A DNA stretch of 64,000 nucleotides from Eledone cirrhosa (taxonomy: Eukaryota), in the NCBI GenBank assembly GCA_964016885.1, contig OZ024755.1, forward strand, positions 11,346,001 through 11,410,000, given 5' to 3'. The notes under the pieces were generated by a model. That model did not search any database. It had not been told where the DNA came from and saw only the letters and a program-made list of their open reading frames with translations. A program made the position numbers and the translations under genes. This document shows, one piece after another, positions 13,632 to 27,149 of this stretch (position 1 is its first letter; the number at the start of each line of letters is the position of its first letter).

Positions 13632-14955
13632 AACACATTCTCGAAATAACAAGATAACATTTTAATTACGCCCTCAAGCCAACAGAGACGAGTCCCAGTT
13701 TTGATGTGGGTTCGTGTGCAGGCCAGTGGAATGTATGATCACTTCAGAATGTTTGGCTGTATAAGAGAAAACGGAAAGGAAAAAAAAGAACGAAAGAAAT
13801 GGCCAGAGAAAGTGTGTATGAACGGGTTTCGCGAATAGAGAGAGTGTGCGTGTGTGGCATACATTTATCCTAAAGGGACATACGTATATGAATAAATTTA
13901 ACCGTTTACACAGACAACAGGCCAGAAGGCATATATATATATATATAAACATACATATATATATAAACATACACATAAACGTATTTGCACTTACAAATAA
14001 CATACACCTATAAAAAAAATACAATAGACGCTCAGCGACAGAAACACACACCTATCTCTTATGCGATATAGATATATATATATACTATATATACACATAT
14101 ACACTTCCATTTGTATAAACAAATATATTTATACTGATTTATACGTACATATACAAATGTGTGTGTGTGTGTATGTGTGTGTGTCCGTATTTGTGTGTGT
14201 GTAGACACACACACAAATACGGACACATCCACACACACGCACACACACACGGAATCTACGAAGAGAGGTTTCTCTTTTACCTCTTCTTCTTCTCCTACCA
14301 CTTGCAAATGAAAGACCAGGCGCGGCGTCGGTTACAGATTTGTTATGGCTGCGAAGTGATGTTTAATGAAGAGCGCAGAGGCGCGCTTTAGGGGGGAAGG
14401 TTAAGAAAAACTATCATCTCGCTCTTACTATTATACCAACCTACCTCCCTTATTTGGAACAGATGCAAGAAAAGGGGTAGAGAAGATGCAAGAAAAGGAG
14501 GTAGAGAAATGTACAGAGTTGAAGGGAGAACATGAACGATGTTAAGGGTTGCCAGAACAGATTTTAAATCTGACGTAGGGCGGAAGATGAGAGAAATGTT
14601 TATAGAGGTCGTTAGAGAAAGTGTTTTAGCAGTAGTGCGAGTGTGTTGAGAGACGAGTAATGCGTATAGGTATGGCATGTGTTGTTAAGTGACGTTAACA
14701 TATCAAAAGAGTTAATGATGAAATGAAGGATCCTACATCGGTGTCGGCGAGGAACATTTAACTGTTCGATCAACTGAAATATCTAACTCGTGAAGTTTAC
14801 AAATTGTAAACACAATTATGATGATACGCAAATGCAGTATTAACACGTATGCACACAAGTGCACAATCAACACAGGTGCACGGACACAGGTGCACTGACA
14901 GCCAGCGACACAAATACAAATAATGTAGGAATTAAAAAATGCACGTAGATGTACA

Positions 14956-15375
14956 TAGGAGGGTGGGCTGAAAAGTTGATAGGCTGACTATGAACGATTG
15001 ATGATAGGGCTGTGAAATCTTGCATGGATGAATTTCAACTCTTCTTCTTAATAACTGCATTGTTTCTTTCCAGGGGACTATGTTGAAAAATAAACCTCAT
15101 TTGGTCATCCATGAGAGTATCTTGGTCAACCTTTAAAGGATTGATGCTAGAGCTGTGAAATCTTGCATACATTACTTTCAACTCCTCTTATTAATAACTG
15201 CAATGTTTCTTTCCAGGAGACTTTGTTGAATAATTGTTTCTACGTTAGGCACAAGGCCAGCAATTACCCATTGTATTACTGGTACTTTATTTTATCGACC
15301 CCGTAAGGATGAAAGGCAAAGTTAACCTCGGCGGGACTTTGTTGAATAATAAACCTCATTTAGTCATTCCATGTT
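14956..15375. mobile_element. Mariner-type MITE (same family as 7271-7715) interrupted by a SINE
   Basis: Starts TAGGAGGGTGGGCTGAAAAGTTGATAGGCTGACTATG and has the same internal repeat unit. Confidence 0.7.
15230..15335 (-). mobile_element. SINE family A inserted in the MITE, 16-bp TSD
   Basis: GACTTTGTTGAATAAT at 15219-15234 and 15335-15350. Confidence 0.88.
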
Positions 15376-15901
15376 GGATTTTAGCTAGATTGGTCAAAAG
15401 CCATGACATTTCTCACCGGGCATGTCAAGGTTACACAAACCTCCTTTATATTTTGTATGTCTGGTTTCGAATTAAGGAAGGATTGGCTGTTATTTCTAGC
15501 AAGTCAGGCGATTATGTAGAGGCTTCTTTGCATGCTCTTAAGTAGATAGATCAAGACTGTTGACAATCCCCATGGGCTAGAATGTCCTCATTGTTTTTTT
15601 GTTATTTTTGTAAAGTTGTTTAGGTTTGAGTTTAAAAGGATTTCGTTGCTGTTTTTAGTGTCATGCTTTCACGTAGAACCTCCGCTGTTGACTCTAAAAT
15701 AAATTGGTCGGGATGGGTGACATTTCTCAGAGGCAACGTCTTGGTCACATTCCGGTATTAACAGGAATTAAAACACAATCCTTACACAAGTCGCTAATCG
15801 GGTTTTATAAGTACAGTAATTATAGGATAGTAACTAGATAAACAAATGTAAATTCCAATGGGAAGGCGGAGAGAAATTCCACACAGGATGAATATGAGTA
15901 C

Positions 15902-15970
<69 letters not shown>

Positions 15971-15978
15971 GAGACAGT

Positions 15979-16039
<61 letters not shown>

Positions 16040-16043
<4 letters not shown>

Positions 16044-16680
16044 TGTGTGTGTTCGACTGCCGTCGATTCCGATCACAAGTTCGATCAACGCAGACATTCA
16101 ATGTGATAGAGTGCGACAAGAATGACTCTTTAAATTGCAGGTATATTGTTGTGCAAGTGGTTGAGCATTCACACAGACACGTGTACTTTTACCTTAACTC
16201 ACAAGGCGCCTCGACGTGAGTGTGCGCGACTTTACGACCATGGGCTGAACACACTAACCACTAAGCAACGCGCCTTCACTAACTTGTATAAGAACTGTGA
16301 ATAAAGCCGATGAATAGAAACAGAGGGGAAAAACTAAAAAAAAAAAAAAAAAAAACACACACAAAAGGGTGGACCTCGCTCGGTTTCGACGGTGAGTGTT
16401 CCAGTCGGATGATAAACGAAACAGCCTACATGTGAAATTTAACATGCAAGTGGCAAAGCATTCAGCAGATGCGTATATTCTTGTCGTAATTCTCAGGGAG
16501 ATTCAGCGAGAGACAATGTATGACGAGGTTGGCCCTTTGAGTTATAGATAGAGTCCATTCGACGCACATGCAAATCAATTTCCGTCACAGGGCTGCGGTC
16601 GACCCTAAGCTACGATACTAGTTCAAGATAACATACAGTGGGTAGCTTATGACAGTAAAGCGAACTTCTCAACCATTGGG
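16040..16680. mobile_element. Fragments of a second SINE group (family B; ..GTGCAAGTGGCTGAGCATTCCACAGACACGTGTAC..)
   Basis: Same motif recurs near 28905-29120, 30480-30600, 51150-51300 (-), 52165-52320 (-) and 60675-60830. Resembles octopus OK/OR-type SINEs from memory. Confidence 0.6.
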
Positions 16681-16819
16681 CCATCTTACATCCATGGTAT
16701 GGTTCCGTAACCCCCAATAGAATCGTAGGGGCGCCATCACTCTCCAGGTCTGAGTACAGCAGATTTCTTCGAGAGAATGATGGAAAGTGAGAGAGAAGAA
16801 ATGAGAAAGAGATATAGAG

Positions 16820-16985
16820 GAAGAATCGACCCCAGTACTAGACTGGTACTTTTTTTTTTATCCCCCTCGAAAGGATAAAAGGCAAAGTTGACCTCAGCGG
16901 GATTTGAACTCAGAGAGCTGAGAGACAGAATCAATACCTGAAAATATTCTCTCCGCCGTTCTAATGACTCTACCAATTCGCCGCC
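16820..16985 (-). mobile_element. SINE family A, diverged
   Basis: Reverse-complemented core and B-box. Confidence 0.75.
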
Positions 16986-18665
16986 ATGTTGCAGCCAAAC
17001 CTAAGACAAAACCCGCCACAGAAGCATCGTCGTCTATTTTCATTATCACAACAATTCTTCCTCTTCTGGGACTAAATTCACATCACCTCTCCTTACCCCA
17101 CCGCTACATTTATCACCCTCCCTTACACTAATCGACTCCACACCCCATGACATCTCCAAAATGTACCTATTGACACAATCTCCATACATACACAGGCATG
17201 TGTACAGATACACATATCTATCGCTTTCCTTCATAGTGTGTATGAGTATATATATATATATATATAATATATATATATATAGAGAGAGAGAAATAGATAG
17301 GAATAGTAAATGAATACAGAAAACATAATGTGTGTTTGTGCATACATATATGCTTATATATGTGTGTGTGTATGTGTATGTATGTGCATGTATGTGCATG
17401 TATGTGTGTGTGTATGTGAATGTGTATGTGAATGTGTGTGTATGTGAATGTGTGTGTGTGCCATCATATATTAAGAAGAAGTACTCCACATGCACCAAAG
17501 AGCGTTTGCACTCATGAATCCCTTCATAATTCTATTTTGAAAAATGCAGCCATTATTAGCACCAAAAGTTGGTTGTAATACCGGGTGGCAAGAAACATAA
17601 AAGCAACCCACAGATAGAAGAAGAAAGATCTGCTTACAGCTGTTATGTTATTCTTAATCAGATGAGAACTAGTGTTTATTAAGTAAATACCTGAAATAAT
17701 TACGATATATTTGTTAGTCATTAGGAGGTGAATTGGTAGACGACGTATGAAAGCCTCGGGTTGACTCTTAACATCCTTTACCGTATGAAACCGCATTAGA
17801 AAGGCCTTCTAGAAGGGTACAAAGCAGTACTATGATTGCATCATGTTGATTTCTAAGTTAGACACAAGGCCAACAAATTTAAGGAAGGACTAAGTTGGTT
17901 AAATCGACCCAGGTACTTGATTGGTACTTTATTTTGTCTTTACATTGACAGAATTAAAACCAAAATGTAAAGAAGCAGAACAAATGCCGCAATTGCCTTT
18001 ATCTGACGCTCTACCAATTCTGCCAATATTGAAAATCAAATTCCTTAGTTTACTGCAAACTTTCAGTGCGATCTGTCCACACGTAAAAATACTATAAACA
18101 TTTGAATTAACAAAATTGTTTATAGATATATTCTGTTAAAGCATTACAGTGTTTTAAGAGTTAAATACTTCAATAGTTGTTCCAGCTCACTGCGCTTCAA
18201 GTTAAAATCCTACGGGGGTAATCAATCCCATTCATAATTTCAGGGTCGATAAATAAAGTACCTGCTCAGGGGCGGTGAATTGGGATAATTATTAAAGATT
18301 CCGATGGAAAGCCTTGCTGTAGTTGATCTAGGTCTGTGCATTATGAGTTCAAATCCGTCTTTCTTTTGCCAGAAATTACGACAGACAGCATCGGGAATGA
18401 AGAAAAAAAAACACCATTGGAAATATTGCTTCCTTTGTCCGACCTGGCGATCGGTTCCTCATCAAATATAGCGAACATTTTTATATAAAATTACAAAGAA
18501 TTAACTCTACAGTTGCACACAGATATGTTCGGTTAAGAAATTCACTTCATAATCCGTGGTTCTGAGTTCGGTTCCACGGTATACCACTTTCAGAAAGTAT
18601 CACCGGTCATAACCAGATTGACATTATATATATATATACGTAATTCCGGGTTGAATCGGAGGCAA

Positions 18666-18809
<144 letters not shown>

Positions 18810-18981
18810 CATTTTTGTGAAATTTAAGAATATTACGATTATTATTGAATACATTTCTCTTTCATTGGGCGTCACATCTGTTTTATAAGTCGTTTATGTA
18901 CTTTTAATTTCCATTACGTTGATCGAAAGCAGGTGCTGAGGATCACAAATGTTCTCTAACCCAAGGCCCGTAGTTGCTTTA

Positions 18982-19098
18982 ATCCGGCTCTGCTGATGAG
19001 TCGTGGTTTCTACCCTGTTCTTTGCCCCATCTGAGAGAGGACCTTCAGTGATCACAGGTGCTTCCTTCCCCGACTAAAGAATAATAACAAAGTCGGAT
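18982..19098 (+). ncRNA. Degenerate type I hammerhead ribozyme relic
   Basis: Stem I ATCCGGCTCTG/CAAAGTCGGAT (10 of 11 paired), CTGATGA 18993-18999, stem II GTCGTGG/CCCCGAC; GAAA is mutated to TAAA and the NUH triplet is lost. Confidence 0.55.
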
Positions 19099-19896
19099 GT
19101 TTTAGATACCAAAGAAAAAACAAATACAATCGAAAACAGAACTTCCTTTTTAACAACTATAGTACATTTGTTAATTAGGTGTTTTAATCAATGAAAGCTG
19201 CTTGATTCCAAAGTAAAAGGCCTCGTTACAAGTGCGTGAATTTGTTAATTAGTAAAGAGTATTTTGAAACAAGAATAGTGGGTCATGTTTTTATAATTAT
19301 GTTATATTTCTTTATCAAGGAAGGAGACATTATTGAAGAAGATAGTCTCTCATATAAACGTTTATATTTTTATTTAGTTTTCATAGATTTATTTTGATAA
19401 CTTTTAATCAAAGAGATTTGGTAGCAACAACAACAACAAAAAAACAGAGTTGAACCTATTTTGCCGTAATTATCTGATTGTTTCAACAGAAAATCTGACA
19501 CACAGACAAAGACACACACACGTGTACGTATATGTATTGCACGAGAGAGAGAGAGTGAGAGAGAGAGAGAGAGAGAGGGAAAGAGACAGACAGAAGGAGA
19601 GACAGATAATAGAGAGAGACAGACAGGAGGAGGTGAGATCAAGCGATTGAGAGAGAGAGAGAGAGAAGGGGGAGAGATCAGGCGATAGAGAGAGAGAGAA
19701 GGAGGAGAGATCAGGCGATTGAGAGAGAGGGTGAGTGACACCTTATAAATTGGCAGGATAATTAGTGGAGAAACTCAGTGCTTTGCTAAACAGCAGGAAG
19801 AAAAAATACAGGAACCAATTCGTTTACAAGCAATAATAGAATAGCTTTATATATTCCAAGACATTTCATAACAACTGACACAGAGAGAGAGAGAGA

Positions 19897-20032
<136 letters not shown>

Positions 20033-20230
20033 AATAATTTGGATATTAAGAGCGAAAGAAATCAGTGAAGGAGCTTTAGTACATTGCTTCCGCGTTCTAC
20101 AATCTATCAATCTGTTTCCAAACAAAAATAAAATAGTTTATATACCTACATGTGCGTGTAGAACATTTATTATAAGAAATCTTTGCGTGCGTGCGTGCGT
20201 GTGTGTGTGCACACAGAAAATTTGCTTCAA

Positions 20231-20301
20231 TTCATCTCTCGAACTGATGAGTTGTAGAAATAACAATTTACTTAGTGAAACGAGCGTATTCGATAGATGA
20301 A
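20231..20301 (+). ncRNA. Type I hammerhead ribozyme motif (GUA site)
   Basis: Stem I TTCATCTCTCGAA/TTCGATAGATGAA (12 of 13), CTGATGA 20244-20250, GAAA 20277-20280, minimal helix III ACG-AG-CGT, GTA 20286-20288; stem II weak. Confidence 0.72.
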
Positions 20302-20411
20302 AGTGGTGTGGGTTTATCTAACTATTGTATTATACAACTACAACTTGTCCTTTGGACTGAGTGCTCTGCCAACTTTGGATATAAAATGTATTACGAAATT
20401 CACTACATTAT

Positions 20412-20457
<46 letters not shown>

Positions 20458-20866
20458 ATGTGTGTGTGTGTATATATATATATGTGTGTGTATATATATA
20501 TATATGTATGTGTGTATGTGTATGTGTGTGGTAAACAAATTGAATTACGAAAGCGAGTGTATAGGTGTAAGGAAATCTCGCCTAATCTCTTATACGATAA
20601 ATAAAATTGATTCTTGAACATTTGCAATCATATGCACCTGTTAACCCCTTTGATTCCAAATCGTCTGAAACCACTACTGGTTCTTTCTATAATACGAAAC
20701 TTAAAATGTTTAGATTTATCTACATACTTTCCAGCCTAATCTTATGTAAGGCATTTTATTAAGTTTGCTCCAAGCACAAGCACCATCATGGATGATTTCG
20801 TTATTTTAATAGTAAATACTCACAAGTTTTTGATTATTTGCAGCATTATTTGAAAATCATAAAGTA

Positions 20867-21026
20867 TATCGGTAGAGGGTCGGATGTCATGCTATGACGC
20901 ATAGAGTTACGGCCCTTGGCATTCTGAGTTCAAATCCCATCGAGGTTAACTTTGCCTTTCATCATTACGGGGTCGATAAAATAAAGTACCAGTAAGGCCT
21001 TGTGCCAAATGTAGAAACAATTATTT
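20867..21026 (+). mobile_element. SINE family A with an internal 3' deletion
   Basis: Head, B-box and core present; CCAGTAA joins directly to GGCCTTGTG. Confidence 0.85.
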
Positions 21027-21280
21027 ATATGGTAACGAATGGATTGAAGGCGGTGATTTAGTAGTCAGGTAAAACTTTCTATATAGCATTACCGTTAAAT
21101 GAGACAATACAGCGGACCCTCAACGAACCTTATCAGGAACATCCAAAGGAATTACAAGGAACACAACAGATAAACCAGGAATCTAACAACATATCGAGGT
21201 CGAACAACATATCGAGGTCGAACACCATATCAACTCGTCCAGAACATCTCTACATCTGTTATTTTACTGGTTTATATATT

Positions 21281-21348
<68 letters not shown>

Positions 21349-21388
21349 CATACGTACGCACACCGACACATACACAGACACACATATA

Positions 21389-21467
21389 CATAGTGTCCCC
21401 CAAAAATGTATACACACTTCAAAAGCATTCTAATAAATATGTGTGTACATTTTTGGGACCCCCTATA
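21389..21467. mobile_element. Tiny Tc1/mariner-type MITE, diverged copy
   Basis: Homologous to 25173-25250. Confidence 0.6.
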
Positions 21468-21528
21468 AATATATACATATATCACCCCTCCCATATATAT
21501 TATATACATACATATACATACACACACA

Positions 21529-21563
<35 letters not shown>

Positions 21564-21937
21564 CACACACTCCCTCTCTCCCTCTATTTTACGACTTGTT
21601 TCTTCCCTATTTTCTTTACTCATGTCTTCACTCCACCACATCTGTCCTTATCTATACTAACTCCCATCAATTTTCATGTATTACATTCATTGCTATTAAC
21701 GACCCATTCCTCCCTCTCTCCCCCCTTCCCCACCTCTCACCCTCTCTCTATATATATATATATCCCCCCTTCTCTCTCTCTCTTTCTATTTTCTTGATCG
21801 TCAGCTGGTACACATATACCAGTTGTTGAGATCTTACATTCAACAAGAACTGAGGGTAAAATCTTAATTGTATATGTCTAAACAGTCACATTTCAAATAT
21901 ATACGTATGTGTAGATAATATACACACACAATGTATG

Positions 21938-21976
<39 letters not shown>

Positions 21977-22886
21977 CACAATGTTTACATAGCACAGAGA
22001 CATTAAGTATGCTACATATACATACACACACAAATACACTCATCCGCACACGCACATCTATCTATATATATATATATATATATATATAATAAATTGTAGC
22101 AGAATATAAGTGTGTGTGGGGGGGGGGGCGTGTGTGTGTGTTTTCATTAAGATAAATATAAACAGGCGATAGTTTTACATTTGCCTCGTCGTTGCCAATA
22201 ACCCAATTGCCTCTTTAAAATAATCTCTCAACTTCTCCACCTCCTCCTCGTCATATACCTTCTCCACCACCACCTTTCCCTTCATCTCTTCCTCACCAAC
22301 ATCACCACCACCACCACCACCACCACCACCTACTTCCTGTTCATCTCTCTCTCTCCATTTCTTTTATCATGCTACTGAAGTGTTTTCATGAATGGAATTT
22401 TCTGGTAAGCACACCACATTGGGATTTCTCTATCTTCCTTCTGTGTGTTTGCGCATACACATGTATGAGCTATGTATGTATTACTATATTGTATATACGA
22501 TGGTTGTTGTTGTTACAGTTCACACCTATATAGGTTTAGCTGGCCTTGTACGAGATTGCATCTCATTGGAGTTTCATGTATGTTTGAATGACAGGCGCTC
22601 CGGTACTATTGTAAAAAGTTTCCCACACCTCACAACTTGGATTCAAGCCAATCCATTGCTGAAAGGACTGGGGCAATGTAAAATGAAGCACCTTGCTCAA
22701 GAATACTATGTCCAGTAACTGAGATCATGTCCTTCAATTCGTGAATCCAACACCCTAACCACTAGGTCACTCACCTAGAGGTATGGTTGAGTGAATATTG
22801 CATTAATTTTTATTATTTTTACAGGTGGATTGGCAGTATCAGTATAGCGTTGGACAACGTTACATATTTACATTTTATATATATAC

Positions 22887-22923
<37 letters not shown>

Positions 22924-23474
22924 AACTATAATACAGTAAGGAGCGCGGAACTGCGTACGGTTTATAATTTTTTTATCCCGTTTGTAAAATAAGTTGGATT
23001 ACTTTGAATAAATAATGAATGAATATTACATAATTTATCTACTAAATTTCGTGGCTGTTGATTAAACATATTTTGTTTATTTAAAGATTCACTTCTTTAA
23101 AATTTCTGAAATGTCAACACTTCCGGTTGGCCAGTGCTTAAATAAACATATTAATTTTCTCCTAATGTAGTTTATATATAATATCGTCTTTTTTAATGTA
23201 TCATGGATTACGTTACTGATTAAATAAGACAGTGTAACCCAGTCTTCGTTCAATTTCTATGTATTATATATTGTCAATTACGATTTTATTTGATGTATCA
23301 TATCTATATGTATATATACCTGCGTATAATATCAATATACACACTAGACATGCTAGCAGAAAACTACCCAGGGGATGGTTTTTCTGCTAGTATATAACGT
23401 CATAACAACTTACTCAGAAACGACAAAGGGCACGAGCGGACCACTTCACTTTCAAAAGACGGAGAATGTCAGTC

Positions 23475-23510
23475 ACTTACCTGAAACAACAAGATAGAAG
23501 AAAAAGATAA
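23475..23510 (-). promoter_or_regulatory. Candidate recursive splice site (polypyrimidine-CAG|GTAAGT)
   Basis: Minus strand reads TTATCTTTTTCTTCTATCTTGTTGTTTCAG|GTAAGT, junction between 23481 and 23480. Confidence 0.4.
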
Positions 23511-23675
23511 ATATTATTATTAATATGATTGGGAGGTCAACCGTGAAATAATGAAATGAATAACTTAACCAATTAATGTTACCGCTTGCACAAACAAACC
23601 TAACCTTGCAACTAGTAGTATCGTAGTAGTAGTGGTGGTGTTCGTTGTGGTAGTAATAGTAGTCGTGGTCGTAAG

Positions 23676-24043
23676 TATTGGTAGAGGGTCGGACGCCATG
23701 CATTGCATCATAGAGTTATGGCCCTTTACGTTTTGAGTTCAAATCCCGCCGAGGTTAACTTTGCCTTTTCATCCTTACGAGGGTCGATAAAATAAAGTAC
23801 CAGTAATACACTGGAGTCTGACGCTAATAAAAATAATGGTTTCTTATATATGCACAAGGCCAGCAATTTGAGAGAAGGGGAAAGTCGATTAAATCGACCC
23901 CAGTGCGTGACTGGTACTTTACGATCTGAGTTCAAATCCCGCAGAGGTTAACTTTGCCTTTCATCCTTACGGGGTCGATAAAATAAAGTACCAGTAATAC
24001 ACTGGTTAATTGCTGGCCTTGTGCCAAAAGTAGAAACAATTAT
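23676..24043. mobile_element. Three abutting family A SINE pieces (+ 23676-23815, - 23833-23920, + 23918-24043)
   Basis: Core and tail motifs seen in alternating orientation. Confidence 0.85.
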
Positions 24044-24684
24044 TTTGAGAGATAAATATATATATAGAAAGATAGATACATAGACATACATACTTAGAAG
24101 AAAAGTGAGATATATAATTTATATTGTACCTATAAGCTATTATTATATTATATTACATACAATACGTTACATAAAGGAGGATATATTTATCATCTCTCTC
24201 CCTATTCCCAGGAAGGTTTAATTGCTTGACGGTTCACCATGGCTTATTTCAGTCAACAGCCATTACATCAGCTTGTTTATGTATCTTTTTTATTGTTTGT
24301 TTTAGATTCGCTTTGCTTTTCTTAGAGAAAAAACAAAATCTGCTGTATGTCTGCCGTGATGTATGATCTGTGTGATGTATGACTCCTCTGATATTTAACC
24401 TCTGTAAATTATCTGGAAGTTATGACCTACCATAGTTTCACGTCCTATCATGAAATAAATGTTATCTCTAATACGTTTCACTGGCTTCAAAGACTTAACA
24501 GGCTTCAGAGGGATACATATTTATACATGCATTTTTTTCAAAGGGCTAAACTAGCCAAATCGACAAGCCTATCTATGTAAGGGGTACACTGAGACTGTGT
24601 TCTTTCTGTGGCCAAGGTACTGGTTACTAAACTTACAATGACTCAGTCTGATATATATACATAGTTTAAACAAAGTTATTAGTG

Positions 24685-24719
<35 letters not shown>

Positions 24720-25120
24720 ACGCACATGTAGCGGGATCTCCAGATGAACAGGTCACTGGATCAGTCTTTATAAACAATATATATACGAGTATACGCGTAT
24801 ATATGTTCATATAAATATATATTAGTTTTAATATAGAAGAGCTTCTACAGGGCTAGAACTGTTACTAACATATTGAGCACCTTATCTAACTGTGGTTATT
24901 TCCCCATATTCCGTTTAGGATAACATCCTTATATATATATATATATATAAACTTAGGAAAATCAACAAACAGAGGACAAGATAATGAACGAAAACAAAGC
25001 AAAACGAAAACAATTTTTTTGTGGGCAATCTTGAATTATTTTTGGAAAATAATTTAATAATAAAGTAAATATATATCATTGACCATAGCTGTTTTCAACC
25101 AGGGCTAGCCTATGATTACG

Positions 25121-25172
<52 letters not shown>

Positions 25173-25174
<2 letters not shown>

Positions 25175-25250
25175 GGGTGTCCCCTAAAATATATACACAC
25201 TTCAACAGCATTCTAATCAAAATGTGTATACATTTTTGTGGGACACCCTG
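25173..25250. mobile_element. 78-bp Tc1/mariner-type MITE
   Basis: TIR CAGGGTGTCCC...GGGACACCCTG followed by TA, inside TA/CA repeats; relatives at 21389 and 36969. Confidence 0.75.
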
Positions 25251-25598
25251 TATATATCTTTATATATATATATATTGCTGTGAATACAACAGGAATCATA
25301 ATTTTTCCTTATAAGGGCATACAAAAATGAGATTTTATCAACGCCAAAGGATGAAAGGCAAAGCTAACCTCGGCGGAATTTGAACTCAGAGTGCAGTGGG
25401 TCGGATTAAGTAGCGAGATATTTACTCCAACTCTTCACCGTCGCTACCAATTCACCGCCTCTGTGTAACAATGAGAGATAGAATGAGGGAGACGATGAAT
25501 GACCTCTGAGTGCTTGAGAATGAAATGTTCCGAGCGTGAGAGGCACTTTCTTATCTTAAAGAAATATCAATGAAACTTTGTTTCGTACATGTCATTGC

Positions 25599-26289
25599 TG
25601 TGATGACGGCGGTAGTGTTATTGGTGGTGGTGGTGACGACGGGCTATGATGAATGTGATGACGATGGTAGTGTTATTGGTGGTGGTGGTGGTGACGACGG
25701 GCTATGATGAATGTGATGATGGTGGTAGTGTTATTGGTGGTGGTGGTGACGACGGGCTATGATGAATGTGATGACGGTGGTAGTGTTATTGGTGGTGGTG
25801 GTGACGACGGGCTATGATGAATGTGATGACGGTGGTAGTGTTATTGGTGGTGGTGGTGGTGACGACGGGCTATGATGAATGTGATGATGGTGGTAGTGTT
25901 ATTGGTGGTGGTGGTGACGACGGGCTATGATGAATGTGATGACGGTGGTAGTGTTATTGGTGGTGGTGGTGACGACGGGCTATGATGAATGTGATGACGG
26001 TGGTAGTGTTATTGGTGGTGGTGGTGACGACGGGCTATGATGAATGTGATGACGATGGTAGTGTTATTGGTGGTGGTGGTGGTGACGACGGGCTATGATG
26101 AATGTGATGCTGGTGGTAGTGTTATTGGTGGTGGTGGTGACGACGGGCTATGATGAATGTGATGACGATGGTAGTGTTATTGGTGGTGGTGGTGGTGACG
26201 ACGGGCTATGATGAATGTGATGACGGTGGTAGTGTTATTGGTGGTGGTGGTGGTGACGACGGGCTATGATGAATGTGATGCTGGTGGTG
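25599..26289. repeat. 55/58-bp minisatellite (GTGATGACGGTGGTAGTGTTATT(GGT)nGACGACGGGCTATGATGAAT)
   Basis: About 12 units differing in GGT copy number. Confidence 0.95.
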
Positions 26290-26485
26290 TTTGTTGTGGA
26301 AGAAGGAGTATTCTGCAGAATGGGTTAAATAATTGGTAGATATGGTTGCTAGTGGGAGTATTCAACAACGATGGTGATGGTGGTGTTGGTCGGGTTTCTG
26401 GTGTTAAGAAAGGCAGAACGAATAAAGTGGATCACTTGCACAATAAGATAGAAAAAAAAAAAAAAAAAAAACGGAAGTAAACATG

Positions 26486-26530
<45 letters not shown>

Positions 26531-26552
26531 GATAGTAAACAAATGGAAACTA

Positions 26553-26661
26553 TATTTATAAAACCATATTTATTTCATTATACATATTTCAGGGATACCA
26601 TATTAAAAATATGGCATGCCTTCGTCAGATAAAATACAATATATAAACTATTTTATAAATA
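26553..26661 (-). ncRNA. Type I hammerhead ribozyme motif (CUGACGA, AUA site)
   Basis: Minus strand: ..ATTTTAT CTGACGA(26628-26622) AGGCATGCCATATT-TTT-AATATGGTATCCCT GAAA(26590-26587) TATGT ATA ATGAAAT..; 14-position stem II with one C-C mismatch; extended stem I. Confidence 0.8.
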
Positions 26662-26708
26662 ATTTTGACGTACCATAAATATAAGGTATCATTAAGGTAG
26701 GAAGCTGG

Positions 26709-26845
<137 letters not shown>

Positions 26846-26943
26846 TATATTTAATTTGTTGGGATACAACAAGCAAAATATTTTTATAACTGATATAAAG
26901 CACTCAACAGTTTGGTTGCATTTTTTAAGGGTATGTCAATATT

Positions 26944-27051
26944 TATTTATAAAACTAACCTATATTATATTTTATCTGATGAAAGCGCACCATAGTTTAC
27001 CTTGGTGGCCCTTGAAATATGTATAATGAAATAAATATGGTTTTATAAATA
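26944..27051 (+). ncRNA. Type I hammerhead ribozyme motif (CUGAUGA, AUA site)
   Basis: ..ATTTTAT CTGATGA(26976-26982) AAGCGCACCA..TGGTGGCCCTT GAAA(27014-27017) TATGT ATA(27023-27025) ATGAAATA; distal stem TATTTATAAAAC/GTTTTATAAATA. Confidence 0.78.
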
Positions 27052-27077
27052 CATATATATATATATAAAGAGAGAGC

Positions 27078-27149
<72 letters not shown>

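Noticed and set aside
13674-14051. 125-aa ORF overlapping the candidate exon
   Set aside because: Its 5' part is microsatellite and polypyrimidine tract; the credible frame starts at ATG 13631.
20641-20860. TTAACCC.. start as a piggyBac-type terminus
   Set aside because: No matching opposite end found; only weak similarity to 10128 and 58030.
23353-23390. 11-bp hairpin CTAGCAGAAAA/TTTTCTGCTAG as a terminator
   Set aside because: Intrinsic terminators do not apply to this eukaryotic context; too short to interpret.
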